A stretch of DNA of 64,000 nucleotides from Fibrobacterota bacterium. GTDB taxonomy: Bacteria > Fibrobacterota > Fibrobacteria > UBA5070. A program made the position numbers and the translations under genes. Below the pieces are notes generated by a model. The model searched no databases. It worked only from the letters and a program-made list of their open reading frames with translations, and was not told the DNA's origin. Positions 36,704 to 47,600 of this stretch are shown here, piece after piece (positions within the stretch are counted from its first letter, which is position 1; every line of letters starts with the position of its first letter). The stretch lies in assembly GCA_016715065.1 (NCBI GenBank), contig JADKBN010000030.1, positions 18,905 through 82,904 of the forward strand. The letters are read 5' to 3'.

Positions 36704-39700
36704 CTACGACCTCCACGGGATTATTCTTCCTTATTTTTGCGTTAATAATGACAGTTCTGAGGATGTCTTTTTTGGTATCATCAAGTGCGTCTTTTTCAAG
36801 GACAAGTAATAACTTCCTGGATTTGACTTCCGTCGGCAATATCCTTCTCACGCCAGCCCAAGGCTTGTATCCATTCCAATCAGACATTTTTTTTACAAAT
36901 CCGTTCAATCTCGCCTGGAATCGCTCTGGTCGATAGCCAAGTACATCCATGGATTTGATGGACGCGGCAAGCCCAGTAACCTTATCAAAGTGATCAATCA
37001 CAGGATAATTCCCTGGAGCCTCCCCTATAATACGAGCCTTTTGCCCACCAAATATGGACCATGGCATTTCCTCAATTAATCGACCTCTGCGAGTTGAGGC
37101 TTGGAGCACAGTCTCACCTTCGGCTATTTTGAAAACGGAAGTTACGGCTCGACTTGCATTATGGGACGGCAACGCGTCCAACCCTTTTTGGGTTTTTTCC
37201 ACGACCTCGGCAAGTAATTCTTCTGCGTGGCTGGCAGCTTTTGCAGCATGATAGACTTCATCCGCCGATTCTGCCGCTCTTCCAACATCCTTGAGCGCTC
37301 GAAATGATGGCACAACTGGCAGAGCTGCTAATCCAACTTGGGAATAGCCCCAGGCGCCACTAATTTTACCAGATTGGACATCACCGGTGGTTCTTCCAAC
37401 GTCATATAGGTCGCCAAAACCAGGCACCAATGTGAGCCCAATATCAGCAACAGAATGAATAGCATTTGCTATACTCTGACGATTTTGCTGATAAAACTGC
37501 GGCTCAAAACAGTCCATCCCCCCCGCAAGGGTCGAGTAACAAAGCACACTTGGATTTACGACGCCAATCGGATTATCTGGCGAATTTCGATCATTCCAAG
37601 CTTGAAGTTTTCTTGAAATTTCCTTTATCTCAGCGGGATCTGTGATCCCAAATCCCATATCCGCTAATGACTGAGGATTCGACCAATCAACATCATTTAG
37701 CAACTTCCCCGCTTGGTTTGCGTTTATTCTATCGCGAATCACCCCAAGCTTTTTGGCATTCCCTTGATTAAGCGAAAGAATAAAACCATGTGATAGCGAT
37801 TCAAGACCGCCCATGGGCAGAGTAGTACTAAATAATGGACGAGCATCGGCGAGAAGTACAGCGAGCTCCCCTTTTTCAGACCCCTCTGATACGGTAATCC
37901 CATTCGCCTGAAAATAGACTCTTCCTAATAGCCAGTCATTTAAATCAAGTACCTGAACATAATGATGGTATTTGCGTTCGACAAATGCTGCCGCTGCATC
38001 AGCAAATCGCCCCCAAGTTTCTCGATCAGCATCACCAGTTCTTCCGGAGATTAGAATTGTCGAGACAAAAGGTGAAACATAATAGGAAAGCGGAACAATC
38101 TGATCTGGGCCGGAAGCTCCAGACTGCTTTGAAATTTCCAATGTCCTATGATGTAGTACGGCCGGATCGAATTCTGCCGCATCAGAATTCGGCGTTAGAT
38201 GAATTGTACCCGGACGTGCTCCAGCCTCAACATCGAGAAAAGTTTCATCAGCCGCAATCTCATCTAGACCAAATTCGTCAACTTTAATAGATCCCGCTTC
38301 AATCTGCGGAGGACCTGGAACGCCAATCCCAGATTTTGGCATTCTCAACATTTGAGGATTTCGCGCAGCGAAAACAGGGGTCACTTTCGGAGTGCTCCAC
38401 CCCACTACCTCAGGCAACGCAATATTTGGAGACAATCCTTGAAGCTGTTGATAACCAATTTTTATTTTCGGGAAATTTAGGAGATCACGAGAATCAAGAA
38501 ATCCTGAGTACCTACCAACCTCTGATAGAATCGTTCGTGTCCGGCGAAAGATCTTCAAATCCCAGGTTTCCCTGGAAGGAATTGTGTTATCCTCAAGCCT
38601 CAAGCCATCATCAAACCATTCGTCATTCTCAGCGTTTCTTACCCAAAGACCTCGCTGTATGATATTATCGAGGACTTTTTCTGAAAGAGGGGCAACAATT
38701 GGAGTTTCTCTTCCGGGCACCGGAAATTCATCACAATCAATACACCTACAATCCTCAATTGGTGAAAGCTTGCCATCTTCCGACAGGGAGAAGAAGCCAA
38801 CATTCCCTCTCCATGCCAAATAAAACCCTGTTGCGAGATTCTTCCCTGTTGACTGAAAATTATAGTCTTGGATTTCTACTTTCGAATATCCCTGTGAAAA
38901 TGCCTCGCCTTCCGCAGTTGAGGGGAACCGAAACGAAGAAGCCGGGTAATACCCGCGATTTGGGTACCACTTTACAATTTGGGATACGTACTCTGGGTTC
39001 GTTAGGACATCAGGATGTAACGGCAAATATTGCTTAACAAACTTATTAAGCTCCCGTCCCCCATCGAATCCTTTCCCTTCAAGCCAAACGCTCGCGGTCA
39101 GAACCGCAAATTGTTGATCAGTTAATTCCTGACCAGCAGTCTCCAATGCCCCGGACACCAAATCATTAACCCAAGAGGTACGAACAGGTGTGGAACGAAG
39201 AGTTTTTATTTCCCCAGTCTCTAAGTTTGTTACCATAAGGACCAGATTATTTACGACTTCATTCGTGGTGGAGTAAACCCATTGCGGATTTGATCCTCCT
39301 GAATAGGCTGATCCGGAGCCTAACTTATAGCCTTGTAGATATTCTTTGAGAAACTCTTGGGGAGACGTAAAGTCAACGTCAATTGTTCTCGATCCACCAT
39401 CCGAATTAATCGTTAACTTGTACGAGTTAAGCTCCGGAGCGAAGCCCTCAACACGAATAGTGGTGATCTTCCGATCATTCCCACTCGTTACTGATTCTAA
39501 CTTTGCTTCATCAGCGGGCAATGACAAAATCGAAAAGTCATTGCTGTACCAAGGCATCCAACCCGCTTTTCTGATCTCGACCGGATTATTTTCATCACAT
39601 GCGATCGCTGAAGCATAAATTCTATATGCCCTTCCCTTCGGAAGAATGATGCCGCTTTCCACACCTTCTGCGTAACTGGATGAAATTCCAACTGAAGACG

Positions 39701-40049
39701 AGACATAAATCCTTGATTCGCCAATATCGGATAAATGCCCTTTTGTGGTAGAAAATTCCGCCGCCCCTTCATCCGGCGCAAAGTACAGGATCAGTTTATT
39801 TCCGGCTTTGCCATTCTCGGGAAGATCGGTTGTTGTACGCCACTGCACAGTGACTTCTCGTTCATTTTTGCCAGCGGGAACTTCACTGACCTTTATGATT
39901 TTAACAGGAAAAAAGTGGCTTGCAGAAATAGCCTCTAATTGCTCATTTCCAGTACACTTTCGGGCACTGATACTTTGAGGCAATGAGCTTATGATCGCTA
40001 AGAAAATAAATATCTGGTTCATAATTTTTGCCTGAAATCGACTCCCCAT
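36690..40049 (-). CDS. Secreted polymorphic toxin: large N-terminal region, PT-TG-like pre-toxin motif, C-terminal PD-(D/E)xK (restriction-endonuclease-fold) nuclease-like domain
   Basis: 1,119 aa with a signal peptide (MGSRFQAKIMNQIFIFLAIISSLPQSISA). LVPGFGDLYDVGRTTGDVQSGKISG (about 37355-37430) resembles the pre-toxin TG domain. The last ~130 aa carry E(37071)..PVID(36993)..SIK(36954-36962), an E/D/SxK nuclease signature. The gene is AT-richer than its neighbours. Confidence 0.75.
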   Translation of the reverse strand: MGSRFQAKIMNQIFIFLAIISSLPQSISARKCTGNEQLEAISASHFFPVKIIKVSEVPAGKNEREVTVQWRTTTDLPENGKAGNKLILYFAPDEGAAEFSTTKGHLSDIGESRIYVSSSVGISSSYAEGVESGIILPKGRAYRIYASAIACDENNPVEIRKAGWMPWYSNDFSILSLPADEAKLESVTSGNDRKITTIRVEGFAPELNSYKLTINSDGGSRTIDVDFTSPQEFLKEYLQGYKLGSGSAYSGGSNPQWVYSTTNEVVNNLVLMVTNLETGEIKTLRSTPVRTSWVNDLVSGALETAGQELTDQQFAVLTASVWLEGKGFDGGRELNKFVKQYLPLHPDVLTNPEYVSQIVKWYPNRGYYPASSFRFPSTAEGEAFSQGYSKVEIQDYNFQSTGKNLATGFYLAWRGNVGFFSLSEDGKLSPIEDCRCIDCDEFPVPGRETPIVAPLSEKVLDNIIQRGLWVRNAENDEWFDDGLRLEDNTIPSRETWDLKIFRRTRTILSEVGRYSGFLDSRDLLNFPKIKIGYQQLQGLSPNIALPEVVGWSTPKVTPVFAARNPQMLRMPKSGIGVPGPPQIEAGSIKVDEFGLDEIAADETFLDVEAGARPGTIHLTPNSDAAEFDPAVLHHRTLEISKQSGASGPDQIVPLSYYVSPFVSTILISGRTGDADRETWGRFADAAAAFVERKYHHYVQVLDLNDWLLGRVYFQANGITVSEGSEKGELAVLLADARPLFSTTLPMGGLESLSHGFILSLNQGNAKKLGVIRDRINANQAGKLLNDVDWSNPQSLADMGFGITDPAEIKEISRKLQAWNDRNSPDNPIGVVNPSVLCYSTLAGGMDCFEPQFYQQNRQSIANAIHSVADIGLTLVPGFGDLYDVGRTTGDVQSGKISGAWGYSQVGLAALPVVPSFRALKDVGRAAESADEVYHAAKAASHAEELLAEVVEKTQKGLDALPSHNASRAVTSVFKIAEGETVLQASTRRGRLIEEMPWSIFGGQKARIIGEAPGNYPVIDHFDKVTGLAASIKSMDVLGYRPERFQARLNGFVKKMSDWNGYKPWAGVRRILPTEVKSRKLLLVLEKDALDDTKKDILRTVIINAKIRKNNPVEVVVEYL

Positions 40050-40050
40050 C

Positions 40051-41688
40051 TCACTCCCCCATCTTCACGGAACGCGTCCAACCGGTGGCTGGCGAACCTT
40101 CCAAAACAATCCCACGCGTTCCGGCACTCACCGGTCGCCCCCGCAGATCCACACGATATTGCGGCCCTGCCAGTGGCGAGGGCGACGTTTTGTGGCGGAT
40201 CCCGACTGCATCCTTGGTCACTTCCATTTCCACACTTGTATATGAAGTTCCATATGGCGCTTGCATAATGCCAGTTAGCCAAGCTGTGTCACCATCTTGT
40301 TTCCCGACGACAATTGGGCTCGATTCCGGATGAATTCCATCTGCTTTCAAGGATGGGAATCGCAAAAATGCCGCAGAGGAATATGACGGTGACCATGTGT
40401 ATAATAGGTTGTACCCATCCTTAAGTTGATCTGGGTGGAGTTTTAGAATCTGCACACCATGTCCTTGTGCACCTCCTGCTCCTAAACCGATTTCCCGAAT
40501 AAGCGGAAACTGTTGTATCGGCAACTGCACTTTTAGGGAGCCATTCTCATTTAAAATGTTTGGAGCATTCGCAACCAATTCCAAAACCGACTTCACATAG
40601 AGTTTCGAGAACGGGACTGGATTAATTTTGAGAGTATCAAATGCATCCCTGAGCCAAAAATCTTCGCTCGTTTTAAACAATCTTTGGTGAACATTCCACA
40701 AATCCTTCAGTACTCCCTCACCCAACGCACCCACCAAAGCCGTCACAAACGGGAAATTCTCGTAAGGTCCATTCCCATCCGTCTCGAAAGCGGAAACTTT
40801 AATGTTCTTCAAGTATCCGGGATAATACTGCCAGTGGTGTTTCACCGCGGGGTAGCAGCGAGTGGCAAACCACACCGCCGACATTTCGTGGAAACCGTAG
40901 AGGTACACCGCATCGTACCGGTGCTGCAAGTTGTGGTAGAACTCATGCGAGATCGCCACCTTCCAGCCTTTCACCGGATCCTTGGAGTAATCGATCAACA
41001 CACTGTCCGTTCCGTTTGTGTTGACCGGATCCACTTTAACCTGGATCGAACGATTGTTGTCGCTATCCACAAAATCGTTTTCGATCAACAGGCTCTGCCG
41101 ATTGGCTCCCGTCTTATCAGAGGTTGGCTTGTCTGCATACCCCATGTAAAACTTGCCACCCCAAGATGGGACCATGGTCACAATGTCGGCCACCTCGATC
41201 GGGAACTTTCCCGCAGGCACCAACACCTTGTACCCAATCGTCGTGTCATAAGGCTTTGGCTGTAGATACCCCAACGTATCCACCCCCAAGCGCCACACCC
41301 GTTCTGCAATGGCGCCAATCGAGTCGATATTGTCGGGGTGTCCGTTCCCATCCTTATTCGTCCCGCTGCCCGCCACCGCATGGGCGCCTTCGGTCTGGTA
41401 GAAGATGGCAAAGTGCGCCGTTTCCAGCATATGAGTAGCAGGCTCTGCCGCACGCCGAGCTGCCAACGGCGAGCCTGACACCACACTTGACCCGCGCCAA
41501 TTCGGCTCTTTTTCAGCGTGGCTGGGGCAACCAATGACATCGGCGCTCGCAGCAGTCGCTAGCCCCAGCATGGCACAGACAAACAAAAGTTGGCGTGGAT
41601 TGGTCATCGGTAAGTTCCTTCCCAAGGTCCGTATTCCCGAGCGGCGAGTCTGGGTTTCAAGGTAGGTCTGGTTTCGGTTCCCGGTCAT
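40051..41688 (-). CDS. Secreted HExxH zinc metalloprotease with T9SS-like C-terminal tail
   Basis: 545 aa. HEFYH lies at 40933-40947. The signal peptide is MTNPRQLLFVCAMLGLATAASA (ATG 41607), while ATG 41688 overlaps the upstream stop as ATGA. The C-terminus is ..YRVDLRGRPVSAG... The stop is followed after 1 nt by the toxin ATG. Confidence 0.75.
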   Translation of the reverse strand: MTGNRNQTYLETQTRRSGIRTLGRNLPMTNPRQLLFVCAMLGLATAASADVIGCPSHAEKEPNWRGSSVVSGSPLAARRAAEPATHMLETAHFAIFYQTEGAHAVAGSGTNKDGNGHPDNIDSIGAIAERVWRLGVDTLGYLQPKPYDTTIGYKVLVPAGKFPIEVADIVTMVPSWGGKFYMGYADKPTSDKTGANRQSLLIENDFVDSDNNRSIQVKVDPVNTNGTDSVLIDYSKDPVKGWKVAISHEFYHNLQHRYDAVYLYGFHEMSAVWFATRCYPAVKHHWQYYPGYLKNIKVSAFETDGNGPYENFPFVTALVGALGEGVLKDLWNVHQRLFKTSEDFWLRDAFDTLKINPVPFSKLYVKSVLELVANAPNILNENGSLKVQLPIQQFPLIREIGLGAGGAQGHGVQILKLHPDQLKDGYNLLYTWSPSYSSAAFLRFPSLKADGIHPESSPIVVGKQDGDTAWLTGIMQAPYGTSYTSVEMEVTKDAVGIRHKTSPSPLAGPQYRVDLRGRPVSAGTRGIVLEGSPATGWTRSVKMGE

Positions 41689-44600
41689 GGACGCAGCTCC
41701 CCGCTTAGGTTGCCCCGGTTGTTCCTGGTGCTGAATTCCCAGACTCCCAAGTCCCGCAGCGTCCCGGGCAATACCTGGACGCGGTCGGTGAGGTTGGAAT
41801 CCGTTCCGATCTCCAGGTCTTCAAAGGCGTCAGCAGCCAGAGGTTGCGTGGTTAGTACACGATTTCGCTCCACGGTGCCGTCGGCATTGGTGCGCACCAG
41901 CACGATTCCCGCAGGTAGCGTGGTTGTACCAGAGTTGGCAACCCTTACCCACACCGACCCCACCCGGACCTGAATCCCTGACACCGATACATCCGCGCAA
42001 CGTGCCGGATGGGCCAAGATCGCTGAAAGCTTCGGGTACCTTCCGGTAATGGCACAGCCAGTGCCTTGGCTCCAGAGCACCTCGCCGGTTCCTGCAATTA
42101 CCGTGTGGCAAGCACTGGATCCACGCAACGTATCCGTGCGGCCATCCGCGTCAAAGTCGCTCCAGGTAGTTCCGGTGAAGTTTTCAGCGTTCCACAGGAC
42201 TGTCCCGTCACGGCGCAACACGGTGTTGCCTGCCACAATTTCCGGCACTCCGTCCGCGTCCAAGTCGGTCACAGACAGATCGGAGTTGGAGCCAACCGAG
42301 GGTGCCGCCACGCACCACAGCGTGTCAGCATCCAAGGACAACGCCCGGCAAACATTGCCCGCCTGGTACCACAACACATCCATGCTGTCGCGATCGCGCA
42401 CGAGATTGTCGTGATCGGTGTCACGCAAATGCACCTTCACCACCACAGTGCCGTTCGGACGCGTCAGTGGCTGGGCGTCCAGCCAACGCGTGGCTTTGGC
42501 CTCGCGGCATGGGTTGCCTCCCAGAGCCACGTGGTCACCCATCACGCGCTCCGGAGACACTGCTCCTGCATCGATCCACGCCATGAACACCTCTTCAGGG
42601 AAGTTCCGGGAATGTTGGTCCAAGGCAAAATCGATCTTCACCGATTCTCCCGCCCCAATGCTTCCCACAGCTTCCATCCCAATGAGGTCGTCAGCTCCTG
42701 CCGTGTAGCGCATGTCGCCGTTACGATCGCGGAACAGAACCGCGTAAATTCCGCCCACAAATCGGGTCGCACCGTATTGGGTCACCGTGAGGCGAGCCTT
42801 GCCCGATGCCCGCAAATTGCGGAGGTCCACTTTCACACTATCCGCGTCCAACAGGTCTGCTCGCAAGTCATGCAAGGCAAACTGGCTGGAAACCTGCACG
42901 TACTCAGGCAATCCGGTCTCGGGATCCCGAAGCTCCTTGATCTGGGGAACACCCAGGCTCAACACAGAGGACACCAATTTCTGTCCCAAACCGGTTGCGG
43001 ACAACAGCTTCATGGAATACTGCTGGCTGTGCAGGTAGAGAGCCGCCGCGTGCTGGATCTCCAGATTCTTGATCCGATGGATTCCACCTTGCAACACCGC
43101 GCTACCACCAACCGCACCCAGCCTTACTGAAGGGAGGGTCCAGTCGGGCAGGTTCCGCCAACGTTCCACAGCCACCAGCAGGAAGGATACACAGGTCCCT
43201 TCACCGAATACAAGCGTTGCATCCCAGGTAAAGCGCCCTGGCTCGATGGACCGTGTCCATTGGGTCCATGTCTTGCCTCCCAGCGCCACCTCACCGGCAC
43301 TCTTCCAGCCCAGCAGTGCCTGGGTGCGGACACCCGGAGGCAATGCCAGCCAAAGCTCCGAAGGTCTCCTGAAATTGGCCTCAAACACACGCTCTTCGCA
43401 GGTACGCGGTCCGAGCACCGGAGCAGGCATGTCCCACCGGGGCGTGCTGCCGTCTGGCAACTTCACGGAATCCTTGCTGGTAAAGATCTTCCAGCTGGCG
43501 CTTGGATCGCGCGGCACCACGGCCCGTGGCGGAGCCACAAGCACCCGGATGGAATCGATCTTGGGAGCCGTTTCTGTCCAGACCACCAGCACTTGGGAGG
43601 TGGATCCATCCACCTTGCGCACCCAAACCGTATCCACCACCGTACCCATGGATGGCAGGAACTGAGCCAAAGGCACCAGCACCAGGAAGCCACCAGGGCG
43701 ACGGGAATCGACCAAAGTTCCGTCAGGAGACTTCACCGTGTTGGGAAGACTTGCCCCTGACAAGCTGGCAGGCAAGGTGGCAGGCAAGGTCCAGCCATCC
43801 AGATTTTGTCCAGGCTGGATCACCACCGGTGTGGTCGTACCCGTGGTAGGCAACACAAACCACGAGAGTGCTGTCTGCGAAGCGGTCTGAGCATCGCGCG
43901 GTCCCGGAAGGCCAGAGACCTCGGAAGGAAGCGGATGGCACCACACCGCACGGGCACCCAAGCTGGTGGACAAGTCTGTGCTCTGGCGGGTCCAACCCGT
44001 CCGAGGCTGCCAAGAGGCATCGCCCACCGCGCATACTTGGGCAAAGCGCTCGGCACGGATCCACGCCGCTTGCAACGCAGTGTCCTTTGCACGGAACGCC
44101 AAGCCAGGCAACCAAGCGGCTCCCGCCCAGGCGGCGGGAACGGAGGTCACTTGTGCTTCGCGGTCGGCCCAAACCGGCGCGCCGGTAACAAGGCTCAAGG
44201 TATTCCCCACCGCCCCACGGCTTTCCAAAACGTGCGGTGCAACAGGAGCCATTGAAGTCCATGGCTCCCACAACTTGGAGCCTGGACGTTCGCTTTCCCA
44301 GCGAAGCTTCCAAGAAGTGGTATTGGCTTGGCTCCAGCGGAGCTCATCCACCGCGTAGCGGCCTCCCACTTGCACAGTGGCTGGATCGACCACGCGCTCA
44401 TCCTGGGCCGCCACCATCTTGGATGCTACCCGTTGGCCGTTGGCCCAAAGGGAGAGTCTGCCAGAGGGCACTTCCCACGAGGCTCCCACAAGCATGGGTC
44501 CTTGGGCATCCAGCACACCCGGTGCCGATACCACGGAATCCCCCCGATACTTCAACCACAGACTTCCGTTGGTCCGCGTTCCCCATTCCAGAGGAGTACT

Positions 44601-47600
44601 GCTCCAGACAGTTTCTGCGGCATCTGGGTTCCAGCGCAACCACAGCGAGCTTGTCCAGCCTCGCATCGCAGATGCAGGCAAGCTCACGGATTGTTTTTGG
44701 CCTGCTGCCGCCACCGCTGCACCAATGGTCCCAGCGGATGACGAGCTTCCATGCCATGCATCCAATGCAGAGGGCGCCTGAACAGGGCTCTTGTCGTTGA
44801 GCCACAATTCCAACGTCACGCTGCGATTGGGTGCCAAATCGGCAACTTCCACCCAAGCCTCATAGCGCTTGGCCACCGGATCCCAAACTTCCGTCTGCTG
44901 TGGCAGGATCTGTCCGGATACATCACGCACCACAGGGGCCGTGGCATCCCAGCGAGAAAGTTCGGTGCCACTGCGACGTACCCGCAGGACAGTCTTGGTC
45001 ACCTGTCCATCGATCAGGTGAGCCAGACGTTGGCCATCCAAGCGTAACGTCACGCGCTCCACATTGTCCAGATTGGTGGGACGCACCGACAAGCTCCAGC
45101 TCTGGACCGGCTCCCAGACCATGGTATCACCCACGGGCAAGAAGAGCTTCCAGCCCAGGCGCAGCTCCAAGGCTCCCTGCCGTTGCAGATCCACCTTCAG
45201 AGACTGATCCGCACAGGTTTCCCACACAGCATCGTTCCAACGGCACTGCATCACAGGCACCGATGTCCCGTTGCGGCCACGAGTGGCCACAGGGGCCAAA
45301 CTCCAGGCCAGGTTAGTGCCTGCGGGCAAGGTGTCGCGACGGCGCAAGGTTCGGGCCGTTGTCGCCAGACTGATCTCGCGCGGCGGAGTCACCACCAGCC
45401 ATTTGGCCTGCCACTGCACTCCTGTTTCCGGGCGACGCAGACGCAAATTCAGCCAATCAGTTTGAGGCACATCAGATGTGGTTGGCATTCCTTGGATCCA
45501 GTTCCACGCCCAACCCTGTGGCGGATTTCCGCGCACCCATTCAAACCGCTGATCTGGCAGAAGGCTGGGGAAGCTCACCAGCGGAGCTCCGCTCTGAGCA
45601 GATGCCTTGAGTTGTCGAGGCACGTTGCTGCCACCCACCGCCGGAGCGGTGGTCAAGGTTTGGTGCCAATTTTGGTCCTTGCAGAATTCTCCAGCCGAGG
45701 TATCCGGGATGTTCAGCACAATCTCAATCCGTTGATTTTCCACTACCCAGTCTGGCAGCACGAAGCGCACTCTACCAGCATCAACATCCACCACTTTAGC
45801 AGGAGTGGAGTGAGTGTCCTGGGCCACCCTCACCTGCCAAGTGACGAAGTCAGGGTTGTGAATCTCTGAGAAGAGAGCTGTTACCGTATCCCGCAAGCCA
45901 ATGGTTTTGGGGTAGAATCCCACGAAATCCATCGCTCGAATCTCGTGACGCGTTTCCGAACCAACACCAGTTCCCAAACACTCCCAATTCCCAGGCTTCT
46001 CAATGTAGGGTAGGCTCGTAGATTTTTCCCACCTCACTCCAGCAGCATCGCGGTGGAAGACAATCAATTCCAACCGGTTATCCACTCCGGGCACGTTGTA
46101 TTCATTCCCAAGTTCCACTTCAAAGGTTGTGTCCACGCGGCCATTGGCGTCTGGAACCAGTTCGCGTTCGGTACCACGTGTCGTAGTGCCATTGGCCACA
46201 AAACGCACCCAGTTGCCTTGGCCGTCGCGCAAGGCCACCACGGGCTTGCGACCTTGGGCATCCACCCACAGGTTGGATGCCTCCAGACGGATCTTCTGTC
46301 TGCGCATTCCCAGCAGATAATCCGGGCTCACGCGATCGATCCGTGGACGCGGTGGGGTGACTTTCACAGGCACCATCACTACGGTCTCCTGGCCAGCTTC
46401 CAAGCGACCTTCGTTCCAGATCCGGAGCTTCACCTGATAATCGCCCCTCGTCGTGGCAGGCATCAATGTGTCGCCGACCTTGCACACGGAAGTATCCGTG
46501 TTCACCCAGGAAGAATCTTTCATCATGAGCCGGGCTTGGCACAACTGTGCTGCCGAACGCGCGGTGAAGTGCAAGGGGATCTTGAGAGAATTGGAACCGA
46601 ATCGCCAGGATTCCAGCGCCGCAGACACAGAAGGCGCCGCCTTCTGCAAGGCCTCCGACAACGGCTGTCCGGTGGGACCCATCAACTGCAAGTCCATATG
46701 CGCATAGTCGGTGGCGACACGGGTCGATGTGCTTCCCACATCAAATTCTGTCACGTTCAATTTTAACGTATCCACCCTGGTCTGGTTGAGCTCCACCGCC
46801 TGCATGGCAGGAGTGGTGGCAAAAGTCAGCCCGTTTTTCGTGCCGCCGGCGGCATGTCCCAATACGCTCGATCCACTCCAGCTGGCGGCCAGATCCCAAC
46901 GCGGCGACAGATAGAAGCTGTCCTTGTCCGGAGCGCGCAACAGCACAGCGGGAGCCACTTCCAGCTTGACAGGTGGCTCGAACATCCACTGGTAGGCGGT
47001 CTGCACACCTCGGACCCGACCCATCGTATCCGTGGGATCCCATAGGTCGGATTCTTTTGTCACATAGGCATCGGCCAACGGGATGTCCCAGCTCCACTGG
47101 CCCGCGGTTCCCGCATGGAACATGTGTTGGGCATTGCGGCTGTCTGTCCAGCGCACAAAGTGGCCTTGCATGTCTGGGTGATTTCCAGCGACCCAGCGGG
47201 CAAAAAACGTACGCCGTTGGTCAGACGCTCCCGATTGGGCACTATCCAGCGCCGATCCAAACACCGCCAAACCAGTGATCGGCGCCATGGGGTCGGGGTA
47301 GCTAACCGCAATGGAAAGCGGAGTCGACTCGCCGGGCTTGGACAAAATCCGGCGTGTTTGATCCAGCAAGAACATTTCGCCGGGTTGTGTTGGATCAGCC
47401 AGGGTGGGAAGAAGGTCTTCACCTTCCACGCCCGCCATCAGGCCGTAGCGTCCGCTCTTCCAACGTCCGGGCTTCCATTGGCAATTGTTGAGTGCCACAC
47501 CAGTTTGCCCGGTGGGAAGCGCCGTCACGCAAGTGGCCAGATTGGTGAGCTCCGAAGAAGGAATCTCCAATGGGATGGCCGAATCACGCGCGCCCACGCC

